DNA from: an uncultured Christensenella sp.
Lineage (GTDB): Bacteria > Bacillota > Clostridia > Christensenellales > UBA1242
Direction of reading: 5' to 3'
Assembly (NCBI GenBank): GCA_949287685.1
Contig: CASEHF010000002.1
Location: 1-63,684, forward strand
DNA length: 63,684 nt
The notes beneath the pieces are model-generated. The model saw only the letters and a program-made list of their open reading frames with translations. It searched no databases and was not told the DNA's origin. The position numbers were made by a program, and so were the translations under genes. Shown piece by piece: positions 59,901 through 63,684 of this stretch (position 1 is the stretch's first letter; each line of letters begins with the position of its first letter).

Positions 59901-62900
59901 TGCCTATGTAGTCAATCTGCTGCGGGTAGAAACTCCAACTTAGCGATGCGGTCATCGTAGCAATGGGGTTGTTGTCGGTGTCATTTGCCCAGAATGTAAT
60001 TGTGTACCTCATAATTGAATCGAGGTTGTCGCGTGCGGCGGTAGTTAGCCTAATTGTATACGGAATCACTAGACTATTATTTACATCATCGTATTCGAGT
60101 GTACCGAAGCGCACAACCATATCAGGGCTCTCGAGTCCAGTCTCGGTGTTGATAATTTCATCTTGGGTACCGTAAATTGTGACGCGGTAACCGACATGGT
60201 CTAACACTACATCGCCCTCGACATAGTCATCGGTAAACAGCGTAACCGAAGCCACCAGCGCATCATCAGCATAAACTTGAGTCTCATCTGCAAGCCCCAT
60301 AGCGATACCATTTGCCCCACGATATACTACCGTGTCATAGTTTAGCGACATTTCGTTATTATCGATATCGATGTATGCCGAATATGAGGAAGTAATCGTG
60401 CCATCCTCCTCGACATCAAAGAATGTAGCCACCAAGAACGGTGTTACGCGAACGGCGAGCGGAGTCGCAGAATACCTTAGCGATACTATTGTAAAATTAT
60501 TCTCGCCATATAGATAATATGCGTACTTGTCCCCCTCGACAGTCCACTCATCCAGTCCAAAACTAATTACTGTGTTATCATCCACCGTGAACTTTAGTCC
60601 GCCATCGACACTGTCCTGCACTTCGCCATTATTTATGTACTCTACATAAGCGCGCTCGTTGTCGCCATATTTAATGCGGAACTCGTGAAAGGGCGTTGAG
60701 TTTTGAATCAAAGTACCCGTGTTATCCGCACCTTCGTAAAGATTAAAGTACTCATAACCATTGATTACTGCGATTTGAACATAGTCGCGTGCATTGTTAT
60801 TTTGTAGGCTAACAAAACTCAATACCGCCGTACCCGTGCCTACTATTCTAATGCGCGCATCACTAAATGTTACGCCTGTAAACAGTTGCAACACATTTGT
60901 GTTCGAACAAGCAATTTGCATACGCACATCGTTTACATTAAGTACAGGGTCGCTAGAAAATGTAAACAAATCGCTCAAATTATAGGTTGGATTGTCCTCA
61001 TTATAGAATATAATTAACTTTTTCGTGTCGGTCGTATCGTTTTCGTTTGGCACATTTATAATGTTATTTAATCTGTTGTCTGTAAAGGTGTCAAACGAGC
61101 GTGCGTTGATAAAGAAGTCGTTTGGCACTACGCGTACAAAGTCAGAGCCATCCGCACGAAGCAAATATGGATATCCGCCATTTATCTCAGCGGAACACTT
61201 CCACCTATTAATATCAAAGCCGTTTGATGTATAATAACTCAAAGTTGTCGCATTTGCACTGTTTTTGTCTAAGTAAATTAGGTTTTCAGAACCAGTAAAC
61301 GCGCTCGGGTCGTTTACCAAAATTATAGTCTTGCTTGCGGCTGTGATTAAATTACCACTACCTGTAGCACTTAAATCCACATCGCTAGTGAATTCAGCAT
61401 AAACAGCGTTTGTGGAGAGCAGATTGTCTGTAATTATACCCACAAGCGCGCCAATAGTACTCCCTTCCCCTGATAATACTCCGCGCACATAAGCATTTGT
61501 TATAGTCAAATTACCCACTGACCTACCAATTAATCCGCCTAAAGTACCATTAGAGTTTACAATTCCCGCGTTGACAAAACTATTTTGAATTGTTGCATTT
61601 TCAGTGAGTGCAACCTCACCTACAAGCCCACCTAATACCGCATCGTGTCCAAGTATATTCGGGCTAGATTCGATTATATTGTAGCCCTGTACGATTGCAT
61701 ATGATATTGTACCAGCGGTCAATCTACCCACGAGCCCGCCTACGATACCATAGCCGTTAATTCCACAGTTCGATTCAGCCGTACTGTATACTTCGTACGC
61801 TACATCGATAATCGTACCACGGCTAACCCCAGCGATACCTCCCAAAATTCCGCTACCTGTTAGGTTTACGCTACTCATAATATTGCTCATAGTGCCTTCG
61901 TTATTTCCAGCCACTCCACCTAGGACTATGTCGGAATTTTGCCCTGTGTTAATCGAGCCATCGACACTAACGCCATACAACGCACTCTCGGCATAGTTTC
62001 TACCGACTGCCGCGCCTAGTACACTATTAGAATACAGTACGCTTGGCTGGCTCTCTACATAGTTACTAACCGTTACATTGCTAACGGCAAAGTTTGTGTA
62101 TTCGGTAGTTAGATTGCTCCCGATTACTCCTAGATTTCGCCCAGCAATCGCGCCAAAACTTACCTTCAATGCATCACTAGAAATTGTGGCAGTAATGTTC
62201 GCGCTAAAATTGTTTACGACACAGTTTGTCCCGACTTGACCAATAGCACCTAGGTTAAACCACAAATCAACCGTACCACTCTGCGAATTGTTGTTTGCGT
62301 AGACTACATTGTTACAATTTACTGACACATGGTCGAGAGTACCTATACGCTCACCGCTAGATGCGAGCCTACCGACTAGCAGTCCGTAATCATAGTTATT
62401 TCGACTGGCGACTCCCGAATAATCTCGCCGACTCGTGGTCTGCACAATCGTATAACTATTTAAATAAAAGTTTACATATTTAATTTCACCAGTCACTACA
62501 CCGAAAATACCATAGTACATCGAGTGAGATGCGGAGTATTGAGGGTCCGCCTCGGTTAATTCCTTGCGAATATTCCACCCTACTATACTCTGTATTGTGC
62601 CGTTACCACTCTCGCATCCCATTGAAATAATGGAACCGCTAAATGGAGTCGTAGCATCACCGATAGGAGTCCAGTTTGGGTTGCGCGCAAGGTAATTACT
62701 CATATCAATCGTGTTCATTAAGTAGTAATTACTCGATAAACCGCGCTCTGACTTCCCAATTTCGGCTACATCCTCGGCATTATACAGCCTGTATCTAACA
62801 TTTACACCATCCGCTACCGTGATAGGAATACGGCGAATAACGGGACTGTTCGAGGGGTTTTGTAACTGCGGAGTTAAGGTTTGAATAGACTCGGCGCTAT

Positions 62901-63684
62901 CCTCGAGAATATCTTGAGGCACGATAAATAGGAAGGCATATCCCGCGTTTTTGGGCTCTACATAAAAGTCTCCCGTATTTGAATCTCGCCTAATTGAAGC
63001 GGTATAACTCTCGTACTGTGTTGGATTATAGGTGTTAGTACGGGTAAACACTTCGTAATAGTCGTAAATTATCTGCCCGTTTGAATCGCGCATACCAGAA
63101 TCCAGCCGTACGATATTTGAGCCTTCACGAGGGCTGTCTAGTTTGTCTGCATCAAAGATTATATATTCCACATTCGGGTTTGTAGCGTTACTCGGCATAA
63201 CGGTTAAGTCTAAATCAAAGCGCGCATTTGTCTTATACAACTCAAAATATAGTCCCTCTGAGTTTTGGTCACCATACCCGCCCAGTAGCAACTCTGTCAC
63301 CAAGGTTACCTTTGTAATAGTCACGCTCTCAGTTTCCGAGAACACAATACCATTAATATCCGTAATAGTAACAGTTACCTCTACAGTGATACGGCTCTGC
63401 ATACTAGTTAGGGGCTGCGCTGTGATTGTAGTCGTGGCGCCGCGCTCGTTACTCAATGTTAACTTATCAGTAGAGCCGCCCGATTCACTACGCACAGTCC
63501 AAACCGCACTACTAGCCTTTCGCTCGGAGTTTTCTGGTAGCACCTCGACCGTTAAATCAGCGGTACTGCGCTGTGAATCGTAATAACTCTGAATATTTGC
63601 CCAGTCCGCAAGCAAGTTTAAGTCATTGGAGGCGATTAGATTAATTCCCGAAATAGGTACAAACACATTTATAGTAAACTCAAG
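50971..63684 (-). CDS. Giant GLUG-repeat surface protein, N-terminally truncated by the window edge (at least 4237 codons)
   Basis: The frame stays open from 50974 to the window end; the listed GTG start is an ORF-finder artefact, because upstream codons read LEFTIN without a stop. It has Big_2-like N-terminal segments and more than 30 GG(L/F/I/V)(V/A/F)G GLUG-type motifs, with NGNG(Y/H)TI-type boxes. A long N/T/G-rich beta-helix-like region precedes the C-terminal InlB-B-repeat-like module and a PEPEPEPE tail. Confidence 0.9.
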   Translation of the reverse strand, partial: LEFTINVFVPISGINLIASNDLNLLADWANIQSYYDSQRSTADLTVEVLPENSERKASSAVWTVRSESGGSTDKLTLSNERGATTTITAQPLTSMQSRITVEVTVTITDINGIVFSETESVTITKVTLVTELLLGGYGDQNSEGLYFELYKTNARFDLDLTVMPSNATNPNVEYIIFDADKLDSPREGSNIVRLDSGMRDSNGQIIYDYYEVFTRTNTYNPTQYESYTASIRRDSNTGDFYVEPKNAGYAFLFIVPQDILEDSAESIQTLTPQLQNPSNSPVIRRIPITVADGVNVRYRLYNAEDVAEIGKSERGLSSNYYLMNTIDMSNYLARNPNWTPIGDATTPFSGSIISMGCESGNGTIQSIVGWNIRKELTEADPQYSASHSMYYGIFGVVTGEIKYVNFYLNSYTIVQTTSRRDYSGVASRNNYDYGLLVGRLASSGERIGTLDHVSVNCNNVVYANNNSQSGTVDLWFNLGAIGQVGTNCVVNNFSANITATISSDALKVSFGAIAGRNLGVIGSNLTTEYTNFAVSNVTVSNYVESQPSVLYSNSVLGAAVGRNYAESALYGVSVDGSINTGQNSDIVLGGVAGNNEGTMSNIMSSVNLTGSGILGGIAGVSRGTIIDVAYEVYSTAESNCGINGYGIVGGLVGRLTAGTISYAIVQGYNIIESSPNILGHDAVLGGLVGEVALTENATIQNSFVNAGIVNSNGTLGGLIGRSVGNLTITNAYVRGVLSGEGSTIGALVGIITDNLLSTNAVYAEFTSDVDLSATGSGNLITAASKTIILVNDPSAFTGSENLIYLDKNSANATTLSYYTSNGFDINRWKCSAEINGGYPYLLRADGSDFVRVVPNDFFINARSFDTFTDNRLNNIINVPNENDTTDTKKLIIFYNEDNPTYNLSDLFTFSSDPVLNVNDVRMQIACSNTNVLQLFTGVTFSDARIRIVGTGTAVLSFVSLQNNNARDYVQIAVINGYEYFNLYEGADNTGTLIQNSTPFHEFRIKYGDNERAYVEYINNGEVQDSVDGGLKFTVDDNTVISFGLDEWTVEGDKYAYYLYGENNFTIVSLRYSATPLAVRVTPFLVATFFDVEEDGTITSSYSAYIDIDNNEMSLNYDTVVYRGANGIAMGLADETQVYADDALVASVTLFTDDYVEGDVVLDHVGYRVTIYGTQDEIINTETGLESPDMVVRFGTLEYDDVNNSLVIPYTIRLTTAARDNLDSIMRYTITFWANDTDNNPIATMTASLSWSFYPQQIDYIGIAHFSDAVNNGSRLQQAGQEATNTLIAGQYGLLVVQVSPYFAYYDRIEITSDHVNGARIMFDQRVLSYDENNIATYWSWQQGVEIIESGISPDRVSNIDGTFDGSYYIRTIISELVPVGTKFTVNVNIYADDVLLGTMSLPLTVEQQDTLRLSYENYNSNVNYAYVAEGTGLVAGMNTLEQNENELIVEVGSSFESFSLDVDAVSKSFGAQIVFHEGKYYLYTGTVPVGEMITVTLTGRQNMSGLINEITRELRFLVVNFYISSIQDGLVDGMSQATSLRYAYVNGRTYDLRIFEGATLDNLETITSITFNPNNDTTRQQIMDVINRLNGIGSRPYAGWYAYIPQSDGTYVWSLVDPDASYTDDTWLDNNYRIFNDILNGSYTGYTLEANGVSNSSKIRYEMYYDYEGGMFTLLNRSQIANSTRGFSTNDITLNFFQITSQEHAQPIYTERDLINMQSGLDYILMNDITITTNWTPISTEISSLNGNGYTIRFTPASISTSGQNFGLFGTVAENTVIKNVNLQLGSQNLALPITVSSQSDLNFGFIAGTNNGTIHNCSVCGWYEAGRTSVGVTVPTPTNTEALFNIAGLVGTNSATGAISNSRVIYTDITGYGKLAGLVAINAGAIASSYYTGGVITNVASTTGDNVATAGLVVENGQNASIFGSFTGGAYTSYNAETGENTLVESTRTERDASILSGARTAGFVYSNNGSITDSYSSMRILSIEASGFVYENGGVGTINRCYTTSILTDTSSEGVTSVSMPFIGISGTQATTNNNQNPNGIVDCYFYDTGFSANALRLEEATSLTLNQMLGNSGKNVFNNFIFSRDGESGSEFTGNWVFVSLENEYFTPDRFVTQKGLQSQMNFGPKLVSTSLIATPRLVLDEERTTENPDTGAIEYYYNQVSSPYFISGKNADFNTDYSYDPVTITTALQFSQAFDTSLESVVTYDYTEHDKTVTKIIGDVRLARNIDQSDISVNTALLSPSVNYAGIFEGNGFTFENLNLAVNDESVDRYGLFGTISRGDSVRSGEIAHIGTVKNLNIEVSMVSCSLVDYVGALAGVVENANIYNIAVTGQSARVVGNNAVGGVAGLLTGTTRANLISANVGVTANYKADTNLVYNIDIARILGGTANSITRMGFAGGVFGVVDLTQFNEIKTTTDMDEAVLNNITAYGQHTVVGKIAGGVAGALGMHSVMNNATTEIDSSSRIMGNSYSGGLVGQNNGVIRYGKVNYTETVQAAVDLANTGEDTTTNASGNTITVNNTIFETEQNNLGTGGIVGLNIGYTASGWPSGTIYYTSSKVRVRNTHSANVGGIVGVAMGGDIRAVFATGGVYGNRTVYLGGIVGHISNFSEMASIPEGLSNPFSEYNNMLTTLDYCVALNNYLASDYNYYHEIDYQGTGAQGGLVGYCFNAGMIYTTHTNDTGDSSTPYYELINSINFYVNQIYDRVVLNTVIEEQETGNFINLDAVGRFEPGTSAEPATGHTRGYMLNNFDEIFGGWDTYSISNENGIPSIDIQDVPEIIYIYSASDYRQMYWHPDVDYVLMADIDFLAEKVAAVPVGSESAPFTGSFNGNNHTLYNIPIVMTGAMNAGVFGATDGAVIQNVNIVNLYLSTDLSEGIIGYVGGLVGVVRDSTITNVNITRDTETLGAYHGIDSTATYTGGMFGRVYATTEGATSITNCYVDMDITARDNTYTEVVDTYLGGFAGEIYGNVTVENAYAEGIINQTNTSLSNVVITHYIGGFVGHTTASSISNAVSAQNVTINNVYRSVYAGGFAGRSQNNTIESIDSATNVIVNLNNLTSSYALNVGGLFGRSEGDSVYYFANSGDIEINGNYNVDVDSTSVSSIHAIAGVVGVNQGSLIQSGYSIVSIFNNTRINNIDLAVFEGDLASSVYCDAYLGLTVRDRLGLGRNSRVVLGFNIADHLTSPTGNSYARLVVDNWSNFNPSITRYEALYSNTVAAGDSKRAPILVSNTNDFNAIAEDEGDLYKYYLQTSTVISGINLNTTRTLYGWYNAGGNHLVANEIDTLDYTVFSESTNQNYGVFSELSEVNSKGSILSGAKIQVSVSTKLPNGAVFGGAASVVGSKAKIFSSYVIADLSLGVSSGSANIGALAGINRGQIIGSGADVDINLYGSVSNTGESLGTGGSVNLGGLVGWSTNTDTRLTFIDSYAIGNIANHNPNTNSNIAGLVGRVAGESGETLNFYNENTYTAVILTDTTGQVGTNAVVANYSGATNAQGVYYERSASVNPLINFTSFTIANQRGDSPLSLGNAFTIDTSLNYGLPYFKWLSEDDLRDTGTGSINSPYLINSAGLLAWALNNAGASYYALECDIDYTYLANIYTRTTAFIGNLDGRGNSILNVTNTLIGTLSGEISNLAILNSTASVSLANTVSGLATSIYTDSSTGAVIGSGNITNSLSNGATFGANASDCFTSLPTDISTLNGNIWVYTGKTVNGAKAYDLRAFVPTIGESARFGASVSLNANEYVISNIDEFERIVEYIGDHGGTDYYIRFTDTVFSLNNRYLPMLGDTNTNTDVFLTVGGFSDGLIERVDSTSDFANGLSNSQVTRLENMGVVLHGGSIFGRTNVKYSSATTGLDLVLQDVEIYADGNASLVLETFDRDTITNVALTNVNVYTSGEISVYGIGNTIMTGATVNVNAVNFVANGILALVNTNNGTLNLNSIANTTINSQNLDNITLGATTNAGTISIGNVTASIVANTNVGGVAINNSGTITGVTGQGNLNLTITCANIGAVAASNAATGTISNLNLTATVNGDNSYLITRENLGAISGVNILASTINGNNSAALVGDNSGSINATFSGLVTITGENIAGLFTTYTQGDVLITLNANIDLVGSAVSAFAITGAELLTPDTQITGSGAITQNTTTVLYPEPIVYQIVAGEGGQVQITSEEGETVIAVATPNAGYEFVGWQNSAGETVGSELTLTIEKSAINGDTITAVFQVVTEPGPEPEPEPEQPTT

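Noticed and set aside
51193-63583. Many 60-146-aa plus-strand ORFs antisense to the giant gene. Similar antisense ORFs lie within the lipoprotein, SPFH, feoB, helD, surface-protein, yhaN and proS genes.
   Set aside because: These are shadow ORFs opposite long, well-supported genes. They have no RBS or motifs. Several mirror low-complexity coding sequence, for example 5875-6321 opposite the Lys-rich PlsY tail.

Overview
This is a 63.7-kb chromosomal window from a low-GC, Gram-positive-type (Bacillota-like) genome. It uses the standard genetic code: TAA, TAG and TGA all terminate ORFs of homolog-typical length. There are two housekeeping blocks. The first is degV-helD-nrdR-ykgJ-feoAB-der-plsY-plsY on the minus strand at 5.8-16.1 kb. 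The second is era-yqzL-recO, then uppP, two CPBP proteases, tRNA-Gly(CCC) and proS at 37.6-50.1 kb. Between them lies an accessory stretch of about 21 kb at 16.1-37.6 kb. It carries a 1257-aa membrane-anchored GLUG/MBG-repeat surface protein, an orphan SAM methyltransferase, a ferritin-like protein and a low-GC type IIS-like R-M module (two m5C methyltransferases plus an endonuclease). It also carries a TetR-YhaO-YhaN-like (Mre11/Rad50-like) operon, an FkbM methyltransferase and several unknown genes. The window ends hold a 10-repeat surface lipoprotein (166-2802) and a giant GLUG-repeat ORF of more than 4231 aa that runs off the right edge. No CRISPR array, rRNA, transposase or integrase gene is visible. 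The most unusual content is non-coding. (1) A modular, GC-rich, hairpin-dense repeat family occupies five intergenic loci. It is built from about 140-bp units anchored by AAGMGGAATAGATCCTTCG and bounded by 22-bp inverted termini. (2) A second intergenic motif family (GTACTATGCA, usually as inverted pairs at gene 3' ends) includes a perfect 42-bp direct repeat flanking a degenerate PHP gene. (3) The last 20 nt of tRNA-Gly are reiterated twice at 159/158-bp spacing, with structured inserts between the copies. (4) An in-frame TAA splits a conserved C-terminal domain of the lipoprotein. All protein calls rest on motif recognition by eye, since no searches were run.
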